DNA of 63,967 bases, counting the filler, from Collodictyon triciliatum (taxonomy: Eukaryota), in the NCBI GenBank assembly GCA_043381765.1. It is 5 parts of 5 records of this genome, joined end to end, with 100 filler letters (N's around TTAATTAATTAA, not from the genome) between each part and the next. Parts side by side here need not be neighbours in the genome. Positions count along the whole stretch, not along the records: positions 29,018 to 43,423 come from JBHJMP010001822.1; positions 43,524 to 57,926 come from JBHJMP010001823.1; 3 more parts are not named here. One strand, 5' to 3'. Numbering within the stretch: position 1 is the first letter of the stretch; each line of letters opens with the position of its first letter. The translations under genes and the position numbers were made by a program. Below are positions 34,663 through 46,940 of the stretch, one piece after another. The notes under the pieces are model-generated. The model made no database searches. It saw only the letters and a list, made by a program, of their open reading frames with translations, and was not told where the DNA came from.

Positions 34663-36432
34663 ATGGATCGATGCGACGATCCTTGTTCACACCAAGAAAG
34701 ATCAGGATACGTGGAGCAGTTGAAGGCAAGCTATGAGGAAATAGAGAAAGCGATCGCAAATGTTTGTTTTTGTCGATTCTTTTGCATGAAAAAAAATATA
34801 GGGGGCCTCGCGGAATCCATTTTTCCCGGTCTTAAGACTTTGAGCCGTGTCTTACACATTTCGATGTGTATTCTTCGACCTCTAAACTACTTCGTATTAT
34901 TATAATTAAGGTTGCGTGTTTGTTTGATAGTATGGATATTGATGTTCTTCAAAGGTGCGATGGCGTTCGAGCCAGTTTGATTGAAGCAGAGAGATATCTG
35001 ATGAAGATGGTACCTTTTTCTTTCTTGCTTTTTCTCTTTCCTCTTTTCCTTTTTCCTTTTTCCTTTTTCCTTTTTGATTTTTTCCTTCTTTTTTTTCTCA
35101 TTTACGCATAACTTGGGCAGATTTTATTAGTTTATTTACCAAAACGCAAATGACATAGTATATCTCAAACTTTTTTTCACGCACAGAATATATCATCTTA
35201 AATGTATTTATTTTACATAAAAGAGCAAAAACTGACTGTTTATATTTATTTCTATCATAATTATTGAATGATTTTTCTTGAACAAGTTCTCATCTGAAAC
35301 AGCCAGAGTTTCAAAGCCTCACCACGTGGCCGAGACCACCTCGAGAATATATCTAAATGATTCCATTTCACTTGTTAAGACTGCTAAAACATGCATTTCA
35401 TTTACAAGGGGTCTCAAAATGCCCTTGTGTTTTCAAAAAATGCACTCAGTCATCCGACGCTCTGCTCTTGATGTACAAGAATACCAAATAGTGAACCCCA
35501 CAGTCAGGAAAATGAGGTTCCATCTAGGCGTTGAGATTTACCCGGACAAGATGCTTCTCGAGCGGGGACCCACTTACCAGTTTGATAGGCTATTTCATAT
35601 ACCACGTACTGTGGACTCCATACAGTCTACTAATCTGAGGCATACTATTTGCAAGGAAATTAACGCACAACTGCCGGAAAGTCTCTCTCATGTTCAAGGT
35701 ATCACCATCGACTCAGGAAATGGGGATATATACATCACCGATTTTTTGAGACACCGCGTGCACTCTTTTGACCGTGATATGAATTATCAATTTTCGTTTG
35801 GTGAACACGGTAGAAATGATGGTTTCTTTGCATTCCCGAAAATGATTTCTGTTTCGCTTGAAGGAACAATCGGTGTAGTTGAACCTAGATGTAATCGTGT
35901 TCAGTTTTTCTACTCTGATGGGGCTCACAAAATGACAATACGTGGGGGTAGTCAAGCAAACGGGTTTAAGTATCCTCACAGTTTAGCGTTTGATTCTATC
36001 GGTAACATTTATATCACAGATTTATATTCCGCTCGAGTTTGTAAGTACAAAAAGGACGGTGAATTCGATATGTGTTTTGGAAATTCCTCTAACTTGAACG
36101 TGGGGAACGGTTGTAATATATTAGTGGATGAGGATGATTATATCTATACCATCGGGGCAAAAAGAGACTACGTATTGGTCTTTGACAGATATGGGAATTT
36201 AATATCAAACTTCAACTACGAAAACAACATGATTTCTAGCATGACTCACAATATCATCAGAGGACCGGATTCAACCATTGTACTGAGTTGCCCCCAGTCT
36301 GGTAGGACATGTTTCTACACCAAAGGAGGATTTCTGCTGAGGGAGATGTCAATTCCATCTGGAGTCGCAATGGCATTTACAACCAAAGGAGAATTTCTGG
36401 TCAGTAATGGCATATATGTTTTTAGATTTTGA
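34663..36432 (+). CDS. NHL-repeat beta-propeller protein with a short helical/coiled-coil N-terminus
   Basis: Repeats GITIDSGNGDIYITDFLRHRVHSF, FGEHGRNDGFFAFPKMISV, FKYPHSLAFDSIGNIYITD and ILVDEDDYIY. Two small upstream exons splice in phase 0. The start is uncertain. Confidence 0.85.
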
Positions 36433-36770
36433 GTAAGCAGACACTCACTCATATATACCCAGACATCAACACTTAGTGTTTGATATAACTCAAATATAGT
36501 CCAGCTATCGGGACAAACGAAACGGGCGCATAACTATAAAATGAAATGAGATGAAATGAAATGAAACGGGAAGTGTTTGTGGCCTGCAACCTTCGGGCTC
36601 CTCCCTCCGTAAAAAAAAGTCTTAATTAGCCTATATTGCCCCCTTGGAAACCATCACCGCCTAATTAGTGGAGTGGTTTATTTGCTCTGGAGATACTCCG
36701 TGTGTGTCTTGTTAATTTTTTTTTTTTTATCAACAGGCAAGCGTTGAGTTAGTTTAAGTTTGATGTTGGC

Positions 36771-37764
36771 ATGATCGTTCCAAGGGCACTGNNNNNNNNN
36801 NNNNNNNNNNNNNNNNNNNNNNNNNNNNNNNNNNNNNNNNNNNNNNNNNNNNNNNNNNNNNNNNNNNNNNNNNNNNNNNNNNNNNNNNNNNNNNNNNNNN
36901 NNNNNNNNNNNNNNNNNNNNNNNNNNNNNNNNNNNNNNNNNNNNNNNNNNNNNNNNNNNNNNNNNNNNNNNNNNNNNNNNNNNNNNNNNNNNNNNNNNNN
37001 NNNNNNNNNNNNNNNNNNNNNNNNNNNNNNNNNNNNNNNNNNNNNNNNNNNNNNNNNNNNNNNNNNNNNNNNNNNNNNNNNNNNNNNNNNNNNNNNNNNN
37101 NNNNNNNNNNNNNNNNNNNNNNNNNNNNNNNNNNNNNNNNNNNNNNNNNNNNNNNNNNNNNNNNNNNNNNNNNNNNCCGAAAAGACTCAATATATTGCCT
37201 ATTCTCTCCTCTGAAATATTTTTGTTATGCTCCATGTTGTTTACTTACGGTGTCAAATAAAGACGGGAATCAGTGGAATCCTGAACAACGCGTTTGTTAC
37301 TCCAAATCCTGAGAAGCAGTGGAGGTTATACTGTTATTTTATTTACTTATTTATTACTCCTTTTATTGTTTTTATTCATTAGCTTGTTTGTTTGTTTGTT
37401 TGTTTGTTTGTTTGTTTGTTTGTTTGTTTGTTTGTTTGTTTGTTTGTTTGTTTGTTTGTTTGTTTGAATATTCCTCGTTTCATTTATTTTCACTTTATTT
37501 CTACAACTCTTTCTTATATTTGCTTCATAGTAAAACAAAAAAATGCTTATATCATGTATCTGTTCAGCTTGTTGTGCTGACTCCCATACTTGTAGATACT
37601 CGTTTCTGTCTGGCCTTTTGTCGGGCGGTCTCGTCATATCTGCTTTCAGGCCGGAGTGGATCGGTCCGTTCTCAACTAGTCTGCCTATCACAGCTCTCGC
37701 CGGATTCTCAGTCGGCATTGGAGCACTGGTATCTATAAAACAACCTTTAATTAGCTAGACTCCT

Positions 37765-37845
<81 letters not shown>

Positions 37846-39672
37846 GCAGCATCAACATCATCTATAATATAGCAAACCACATGCGCCTTTCTTTCAAACT
37901 GAACAAATATCCATTCGATAACTCAATGCTTGAATGGACATTACGAATCAATTAAATAGAAGAAAAAAAACACGTAATTTCGAGCAAAGAGGAGAGAAAA
38001 AACTTCTTTTTTTTTAATTTTCATGATTATTGGATTGATTGCTTGCAGAAGAAATGATAATGCCGGATATATTGATCGCCTATATTACTTTGCTATCAAG
38101 CGTATCGCCCTTATGTACGTTTTTATCAGATGGGAAATGGCTGCACAAGTGGACACGGACTTTGTGGACTTCCACGCTTCTCGATTCGCTCCTTCGCAGC
38201 AATCGCAACATTTATGATAAGCGGCTCTGTCGCTGCCATCCTTCGAACCAGGATTTTCCCTTCTGAAGTTTTGAGCACCTCCATCCCTATCATTCCAAAT
38301 GCCTCGTAAGTTCTATTGGTTCTATGCCAAAGTGATTTAATGAATCAGATAGAAATAAGAATGCGTATGTTAGAGCCATGCTCCAAATATTTCAAACACA
38401 CTATTACGTAGCATATATAACTGATGTGAAAAAAATACAGATTCATCGTTGGATGCTGTGCGGCTTTGCTCGCTGTTTTATCCTTGATTTCGAAACCGCA
38501 ACCTAAAAAGACGGATGAGTATGAGTTGATAAATATGTCTGTCTATCAATCCCCTCTTTTATTTTATTTTTTTGTTTTAAGATTATTTGGCCAAAAAAGA
38601 GTTCCTTTTTTTTTCAATTGATTAATTGGACAAGCAAAGACTGCGATATTCTTCAATTTAATGTATGTGGCTATAGTAGCAGTTCGCAACACGAAGAAAG
38701 CATTATCGATCTGCTGCTCTCGTATGCCACTGGTCTAATTTTTGGAATCGGCCTTGGTGTGAGTGGGATGTAAGAAGAGTATATTTTTTCAGAAATGACT
38801 TAAGCTATTCATATATCTATTTGTGATCTATAAGTAGTGTGTTTATGTTGCGATTGGTAGCTTTACTATTTTCTTTTGCTCTTGTAATTTCTTTCACATG
38901 AAAGGTGTATTCCGGATAAAGTCATTAATTTCTTGAACTTTGTTGATAACTGGGACCCCTCATTGATGTTCGTAATGGCCTCTGGTGTACGTTTATGAAT
39001 CTTTTTGTTCTGAGTGATTCATCGGCGTTTCTATATATTTACTCTTTCGCAGGAGAATACGACATCCCATGATTATCAGACACACACCTCTTTTTTCTTC
39101 TGGAATAGTAACTGTCATTCATTTATGTTTATCTCCAAATTATTTACACAATAGGTTTTAATCAACGCACTGACATTTGCTAAAACGCTTAAAACGGAGA
39201 CACCACTCCTTCGACGAAAGTTTGTTGTTCCGACAAACAAAAAGATTGATTTGAGACTATTGCTTGGTGGTGTCTTTTTTGGTTTAGGTATCCCATTTCT
39301 TCTCAGTTTACTTTACGCATTTCATTCCCTAAGAAAAAAAACGATAATGTAACTGCTTTTACGTGCTTCATTATACATTGAATTGTTTTTTGTTTTTGTT
39401 TTTGTTTCCAAATCGCTTCGTTCAGATTTTATTCGCAATGTAAAAAAAAAAAATCATGATTTGTCAAGGTGGGGTTGTTTTTTGCGTCAAAAGAATGCAG
39501 TTTAACAAAATATAACTGTGGTTCAGGTTGGGGCCTTGCTGGACTCTGTCCCGGACCTGGCATTGTTGGTTTGGCGCAAGGAAGCTATGCATCGGTGGTT
39601 TATCTCTGCGCTCTGCTAGCTGGATTCAAGACCGTCATTATTCTCGACGGACTCAACATCCTACCAAAGTAG
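36771..39672 (+). CDS. YeeE/YedE-family sulfur-compound transporter, two-module fused form, multi-exon, spanning an N gap
   Basis: Module 1 splices as [60 protein letters not shown]. Module 2 splices as [58 protein letters not shown]. The start MIVPRAL at 36771 is tentative. Confidence 0.9.
37384..37465. repeat. (TTTG)n microsatellite, intronic
   Basis: Directly visible. Confidence 0.95.
37767..37843. repeat. Long poly(A) tract, intronic
   Basis: About 77 consecutive A inside a YeeE/YedE intron. Confidence 0.95.
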
Positions 39673-40016
39673 AGTCCATCTCCACGAAGAGAGAGAAGCA
39701 AAAGAAAACAAAAATAACTGAACAATAAAGGGAAAGGATAAAAGAAAAGCTCATTTTTGAGGCATGGTTTCAGAGCAACCACCAGAACATGGCAAGGACT
39801 CAAAGAGACGTTTCTTTTCAGCGGACTCTTTCTCAACTTTAGCTTCATCGCCTTTGCATAGACATTGTCCTCTTCTTTAATCTCCCCTGTCTGTAGAATG
39901 AGATGAACTCATACGATTTATTATGTCCTCATCGGATTGAGGAAATTAGATAGGGTCTTGCTCAATATCGAGTCCTCGGGACTCCTTGCAAATCAGGCAA
40001 ACCACGCGCTGCAGAC

Positions 40017-41729
40017 TCAGGTGAGCATCCCAACGACCGTGGCTGTCATGAAGCATGCCAGAGAACCCGCCACAAGCGCGCGAATAGCCAGGTCAACAGC
40101 ATCTTGACGGCGCTCTGGGCACACAGACTCGATTCCACCTGCGAGAATGGCCGCAGCATCATGAGTCACTATGTTTTGCGTTATGCGGCGGATTGCATGA
40201 GTTGGCTCACCGATTTGAATTCCGATGGAAATGACATTCGAGAAGCCACACAGGGCATATATTGCGATGGTCTGTTGAGTAAAGTAAGTACAAATTCTTT
40301 AATATGGATTTGTATGTGTTGCAAACGAGGTATTGGTTGAGGTAAGTGCTACCTGCGACCGCTCTGAGATGTAATCGACGGAATCTTCCTCCACCAAACC
40401 CGCCTGGACGAGCTCGTAGTTTTCAATCAGCTCTTGTAGGTCGAGAAAAGCCATAAACTCGGTCAAGATGGTTTTCTTCCCCAGAAGTTTCCCAACCTAG
40501 CAAGAGATTATTGTTATAAGTTTTTTTTTTTAAAAAAAAAAGGGAGAGAGAGGAGAAAAGAGAAGTAGTTATTTTTCCCGTAGAGAAATATAGGGAGGAT
40601 GACTACAATATATAAACTCCTTTATAAAAGTATAAATTTAGCCCAGCATTGTTGCAATCAAATAAGCTCTTCATTTTGTCTTTTTTTTTCTTCATCTTTT
40701 CGAATGAAATTTTAAATTCTTAAACAACAACCAGGGAAAATCACTCACCAAAAAAACATCTTCTGGTGTTACCCCCATCATCATGGCCAGTGGTACAAAC
40801 AAGTACCCTGTAATCAGCTCGAAGGTCAAATCCTCAATGTTCAGCAAAGAACCAAAGTAACCGAGAATCATGTTGCAAAGCTCAAGCAGCGAACGGAAGG
40901 CAAGCATGACCGCACCGACATTAGCCGCAAGTCCCAACCCAGCGGTCGTCCCAGCCACTGCAGCGTCGATGAAATTCATGTGTGTGGACTTCATGTCCCA
41001 TTCATGCAATGTGTCAATTGATGCTGTCTTCGCCACTCTTCAAATAGAAAAAAAGATTTTATTTAGGGATAGTAAAACATAGTTCAATACATTAGATACT
41101 CACTAAGGAATTTTTTTTTAAAAAAAAAAAAAGGACTAAAAAAATTCGAATAGTAAAACTGAGTCTATGGATTGCTGCTCAAGATTCAGTTCCAGCTGTT
41201 ACTGTTCAAACTGAGAATATTACTCTGTCTCCGGATACATGATTTTGGATATTGCGAGAGCAGCTGGAGCAGACATAACTGAGGCAGCAATCAAATGAGA
41301 CGCAGATATTCCAAAAGAGATATACGAAGCCATTACTCCCCCAGCAATGGTGGCAAATCCGGCTGTGAATATATTAAATGAAAAAAAAGTTATGAGATAG
41401 CTCATGGTAATGTCTGGAGTGCGTCATGAAAATATCACGTTTCTACATACTTGTTGATCCCATGAATAACAAAATAGGAATATATAAATGAGGAAAAGTA
41501 AGTACAGGTCATGACTACATGCAGCTCGGATTTTGTCATAGTCAAAAGATAAGGCTTTACCAACATTGGTGACTATGTATGTATACAACAAGTGAAGTAA
41601 GTAACTTGATATGAACTGTTTCTTCAAGTATAATAAAAAAATTATTGAATGGAATTGAAGAGAAAGTTTGGATTACATTTAATGAAAAAAACATGATTCT
41701 ATTTATCATTTTATTGTTCCTCGATAATG

Positions 41730-41824
<95 letters not shown>

Positions 41825-43201
41825 NNNNNNNNNNTGAAAGGAAAGGAAAGGAAAGGAAAGGAAAGGAAAGGAAAGGAAAGGAAAGGAAAGGAAAGGAAAG
41901 GAAAGGAAAGGAAAGGAAAGGAAAGGAAAGGAATAGATAATACGCGATTTACCTCTGTCTGCCCAATAAATATATTTCCCGCACATACGAGGCTTTCTGC
42001 ACCAGATGTTTTCATAGACAACATCATTACATTCGCGATTGACCGAATTACACTTTGAATCCAGCCAAAGTGATGCAGCACACACACAAGGGCAGAGAAA
42101 AAGATAATACTTGGCAGCACCTTTAGTCATGTCAAGACAAAGCATTTTTATGAAAAGCCTAAATGTGAGATGGCATTTCTCGATTCGATTATAATCTAAA
42201 GACCGAATTACCAATACAATCAATCTACTCTTTCGTAAAATGATTCTGCACAGATAGAATTACCTTGAATGCAAAGTAGTGGTCTCGAAAGTTCTCTCCA
42301 AAAATCAGCTCTGCCCCCGCATCTGAGCTCTCTAGTAAGTCAGACACAACATCACCCACCGTATTAAAGAAATCATACCCTGGTCCTATTTACATTTAAA
42401 AAAATCATACCCTGGTCCTATTTACATTTAAAAAAATCAATAATAGATATACTTATATTGAAAATGAATAGTAGATGGGAAAATCCCCCAACATGGTCGA
42501 TTATGTTGTAAGTATTCATCTCCATCGAAACCTGTCTTCAGGATGAGAAGGGCAAATATAAACTGCAACAAAAATCCCCATGTCACGGTCACCCAATTAA
42601 TCATCGCCCGGTTGTGCGACCCGGCATAGGCCATGAGAATAAAGCCACATAGCCCAGCAGCAGAGACCGCACGAAGCCAGTTTTCTGCCAAGACATAGAC
42701 AGCAAAGACAACGACAGATGCAGCTACAATCATAAACGCTAACATCCGCGCAAGCCTCGAGGAAAACGGAAAGAAAGAGGACGTATTCATCAAGCCGGGA
42801 CTCAGAAGCGACCGTATCTCGCCCGAATGACTCAGTTGCTTGTCCTGAGCATCGGCCGAATAAAGCCCGTCTCGATTGGCCCGTCCGCCCATCCGCGTCA
42901 GTCCCGCATCGGCCATAAGCTGCTCCTGTGTCTCCATGTCCGAGACAATAAGATCGGCTGAACCGCCAATCTTACCTTGGCACTTGAGGCGCAGAAGAAG
43001 GCCCCAAGTCAGGCACATGCCTAGGAAGCGGTAGGCGCAATATGTACCGACCACGTAGAGGAGTGGGAGCGAGTCATGCAGATTGAGGATGCAGGCGGCA
43101 ACCAAGTAGCAGCCAAAGAGGCCGAGGCCGATGAGGCGCAAGGGGGTTTGGTGGAGGATGCGTGTCCACCAGCGCTGGAGTTGTATCTGGGAAGATTGCA
43201 T
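40017..43201 (-). CDS. Concentrative Na+/H+:nucleoside cotransporter (CNT / SLC28 family), multi-exon
   Basis: Motifs [102 protein letters not shown] and [13 protein letters not shown]. Confidence 0.95.
41732..41932. repeat. Adjacent (TAA)n and (GAAAG)n microsatellites, intronic, with a short N gap
   Basis: Directly visible. Confidence 0.95.
42370..42433. repeat. 32-bp tandem duplication spanning a CNT splice acceptor
   Basis: Two copies of aaatcataccctggtcctatttacatttaaaa. Confidence 0.9.
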
Positions 43202-45337
43202 CCTGTGTTGTGCTATTGTGTGTATACTTGCTTGCGGTTGTTTTTGTTTGGAGACAGTTTTCTATTTTCTTTTCCTTCAATGTTCTATTTTCTTTTGCTT
43301 GACACCTTTTTCTTTTTCTTTTCTTTTTCTTTTTTCTTTTTTTCTTTTTTCTTTTTTTCTTTTTTCTTTTTTTCTTTTTTCTTTTTTTCTTTTTTCTTTT
43401 TTTCTTTTTTCTTTTTTTCTTTTNNNNNNNNNNNNNNNNNNNNNNNNNNNNNNNNNNNNNNNNNNNNTTAATTAATTAANNNNNNNNNNNNNNNNNNNNN
43501 NNNNNNNNNNNNNNNNNNNNNNNTCTCTTTTTTTTTATTCTCTTTTTTTTATTCTCTTTTTTTTTATTCTCTTTTTTTTGTTCTCTTTTTTTTATTCTCT
43601 TTTTTTATTCTCTTTTTAGTGTTTGTATTGGCTTTATTCATAAATGTAGGCTTCAATGGAAAGATATCAAAGGATGAGGAGATCAAGCTGTTGAGCATGA
43701 AGTTTTTCATTCAGCGGGCGAAATATAGGGGGTATTAGCGTGAAGTTTGAAAGAGTGAATCGCTCTGGCGTGCGAGTATACATTCTTCAAGGCTCACGGG
43801 CATGGAGGGCATGATGGGGAAAATACATATAGCTTTGTGATATCACTTGATGAACTTGGTTTTCTATCTAAAAAAAACCCCCGACTTGGAGGATATACCA
43901 GATTTATCTGCTCCTTTTTTTTTTTTTTTTTTCGGTCGGGCGTTTTTCAGGGGTGGCTTCGAATAAATGTTAACAGACTCTGTATTTGAGAGCTCAGTAA
44001 GACTCCTCTGGGTCGTGGAGGGCTTGGATAATGGCACTGATTTGAGAAAAAAGACTATGGGATTGAGCCAGCCCAATGTCAGAAAAAGACCCAGTAGCTT
44101 CATCGGATTGGTTGCTTTGGTTGGTTGTGCTATGATTGCTTTGATAGGACGATGAGCAAGTAAATCCCGCATCAACTTTTGCCAGGAGTGACATTGGGGG
44201 CGGTCTTGTTTTGAGCGTAGGCTTCGGAGGTGTCTTTGTTTGAAGAGTCATTCTGCTTTTTGACCTGTTGATGGGTGTTGTGTGTATTCCTGAGGATAGG
44301 CTTTATGGGCTACTGGCTCCAGTCGGAACTTGCTAAGTTTCTTTCTTATGCGGCTGAAGTGCGTCCTGGGTTTTGTGGTGAAAGAAGCTTTATCAGAAGT
44401 AATCGACTTTTATGTTAGACACTAAGTTTGTGTTTAACCGACATATCCGATGGGCGTATTGTTTGCATGTGCGCAGCCGTGTAATTATTTGGCCATCTTC
44501 GGAAGACCAACCAAAAAAAAAAAAACCAAAAGAAAAAAAGGGAGACAGATAGATGAGCCGCGTCGCTAAACAGCGAATTGCTCATCGTGTGTGGTGGTGT
44601 TTGCTTCTTGTGACATTTACCCGAGTTCAAGAAGGAGGTGCGGATCGAGTTAAATATGTGTGGGAGTGTTGCGCCTCCAAGATGTGCTATGGTTTGCCCA
44701 AATAACGACGTGTCTAGTAGGTCGAGAATTGCAAGTCGGTGTGCGTCATGCTTACACGAGCAAGATGCATTTATGTACTGTCGTATGTGCCAACCCATTA
44801 TCCGTGTCTTGCGCATGAAGCAACATATGTTCTGTCTACCCAGCCGGAACACACGACAAGGTCTTATCCTCCTTCTCCGCAGTAGTCTGCTAAACAGTCG
44901 TCTCATTTATACCCTCTGTCCTTTCCTCCATTTCTTTTCTTTGGTTTATGATTCACTTGAGTCAGAGCAAAAGGACGGCATTCTGATTGGAGATTGTGCG
45001 TATGAGTTTGGCATTTTTTTTGCGCCGGGTGGTTGTCCACTGTTAGTCCTTGCCTGTTGCGGCGTCATTGGGCTTTGTTTAGGCTACTTCTGGCGCTGCT
45101 CTGCGGTTTTTGTGCGTCACAAGCGTGTCACGCTGCATCACACGATGCGTCACGATACGTCACCTGTAGCAAAGTTTCTGCATTGGGCGAAACATCCACT
45201 GATGCCCTCTGCTACGGGATGCCAAATGTGGACCCAATCTACACCTTTTATGAAAATCTATACCCATGTAGGTAATGTGCTACAAACTCGAATTCACTCA
45301 TTTACATTCTCCGATTTATGAAATGTTATTTGGCTAT

Positions 45338-45381
45338 TTTTTATTCTTCCTCTCAATTTTGTGCAGGATGGTGAAGATTTT
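45338..45381 (-). mobile_element. Family A LINE 3'-end stub; 17-bp TSD aaatgttatttggctat (45321-45337 / 45382-45398)
   Basis: The minus strand reads aaaatcttcaccatcctgcacaaaattgagaggaagaataaaaa between exact direct repeats. Confidence 0.9.
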
Positions 45382-46333
45382 AAATGTTATTTGGCTATAT
45401 TCTATAGCATTATTGATATGAAATCGAGACAAATTGATTAAATTGTATGAACTTACGTACTATATTATAATATCCGCATTTATATAACAAATATGGAATT
45501 TATATATTAAGATTATATATCGATTTTGCATGTGGATAAAGAGTGCATGCATAATTCATATATACAGTTTTACATTTCATATAACATTTATGTACAGCTA
45601 ACCACACTTTCCTCATCCACAGGCCATCTTTTCCAGATGCAGGCATATTACACGAAGCCTGAAAAACAACCAAAGCAAAAACTGAAGCCACCAACCAAAT
45701 CCCATATAGAATGCTACAAGCGGAGCCCCCATATATATCTGGATTTGCCTGTACAAATAACCTGTCTGGCAAATATAAAACGCGCCCCTTCATATCTATC
45801 GTAGACCAATCCCAGCTATCTGCGATGACAAGCAAACTACACGCGCACAGCCAGAGACCGCGAATGGGACCGGCTCGCCCAACGAAGCCCAGACAGCAAC
45901 ACGTAGCAATTGCCTTCGCTGCTCCACGGTCTGGCGTTCGGCTGCTAGAACGATGGCTGCTCTAATTGCCGTGCCCCATGATCCCAAACCCAACCACGGG
46001 CGCATGCGGCTACTCCAAATCACGCCCCTCTTTACGGGCTGATTGTACTTGCGAGTTTGCATTCCATCCGCGCACTATTCTTTTGTGCGCCTATTTTTAC
46101 GCAAATATGACTAGTCTCCTAGCGACTTCTCCGCCCTTCACTCGGAGCTTATAAGGCTGCATCCGATCAGCGCACTCTTTGCCCACTGCTCTTTGCTTTT
46201 CCCCCCTGCGCCACCCTTGGTCAGTACTAAACTTCGGTCTTTTCTGTTCCTCTTCTTTTTTTATTTTTTTATTTTTATTCCGACTCCTTCCCTCTGCTTC
46301 TTGCACACATATTTGTGGTCCACAAAGACAAGG

Positions 46334-46909
46334 ATGAGAATCACCCGAAGCGTCGCCGCCGTCCTGGCTGTGTCCTTTGTTTGCGCCCTCTCTGCTGCCG
46401 CCTTGGTAACCGAGAGAGATCTGACCATCGAGGATCTCGCCTACGGAGCAAAGGCCGTGGCCCAGCTGCAGCTTACTCCTTCCCAGGAGGCCTTCGTCAA
46501 CTACACCTTGGGTGTCAAAAACTACGAACAGCAGCTCAAAGAGGGCTCCCTTGTAAGTCTTTTTTTCTAACATCTCTAGCGACTGCGTCACCTCGTCACT
46601 CTATGTTCTCTCTTTTTTCGTACAAAAATAGGCAGAACTAGCCAACTGCTTGACCCTCACTTTTTTTTTTTTTATTACTTTCTCACTTATTATTGTAGAT
46701 AAATCGTTTCGATGATTACTCTTCGAGATGAATAACAAAAATATGTTTTGATTGGAGAGAACCAGTTATTAACTGCCTTTTGTTTTCTTTTGTGCCATGG
46801 GAGGATAGGATCTCCTGAACGTCAAGTACCCACCAACCTTCTCCTGCTCGACGTTCACCAGCTCCACCCGCCCCACCTCTGGTATTACCCAGCATTCGGT
46901 CCAACGCAC

Positions 46910-46940
<31 letters not shown>

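Noticed and set aside
36678-36791. Minus-strand peptide [11 protein letters not shown] resembling the endonuclease SDH motif
   Set aside because: The frame stops shortly after, and the plus strand better fits the YeeE/YedE N-terminus (MIVPRAL).
37347-37718. 123-aa minus-strand ORF
   Set aside because: Antisense shadow of a YeeE/YedE exon plus the (TTTG)n repeat.
39288-39526. GTATCC donor suggesting a U12-type intron
   Set aside because: Reads GTATCCCA rather than GTATCCTT, and no TCCTTAAC branch site is visible.
39891-39914. 24-nt GT...AG mini-intron-like sequence downstream of the CNT stop
   Set aside because: Lies in the 3' UTR or intergenic region and is far shorter than the other introns here. 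Likely chance.
15236-45398. Interpreting the dispersed repeats as introners or CRISPR-like repeats
   Set aside because: They sit inside larger introns or intergenic DNA, carry no splice sites at their ends, are not regularly spaced, and have A tails with TSDs.
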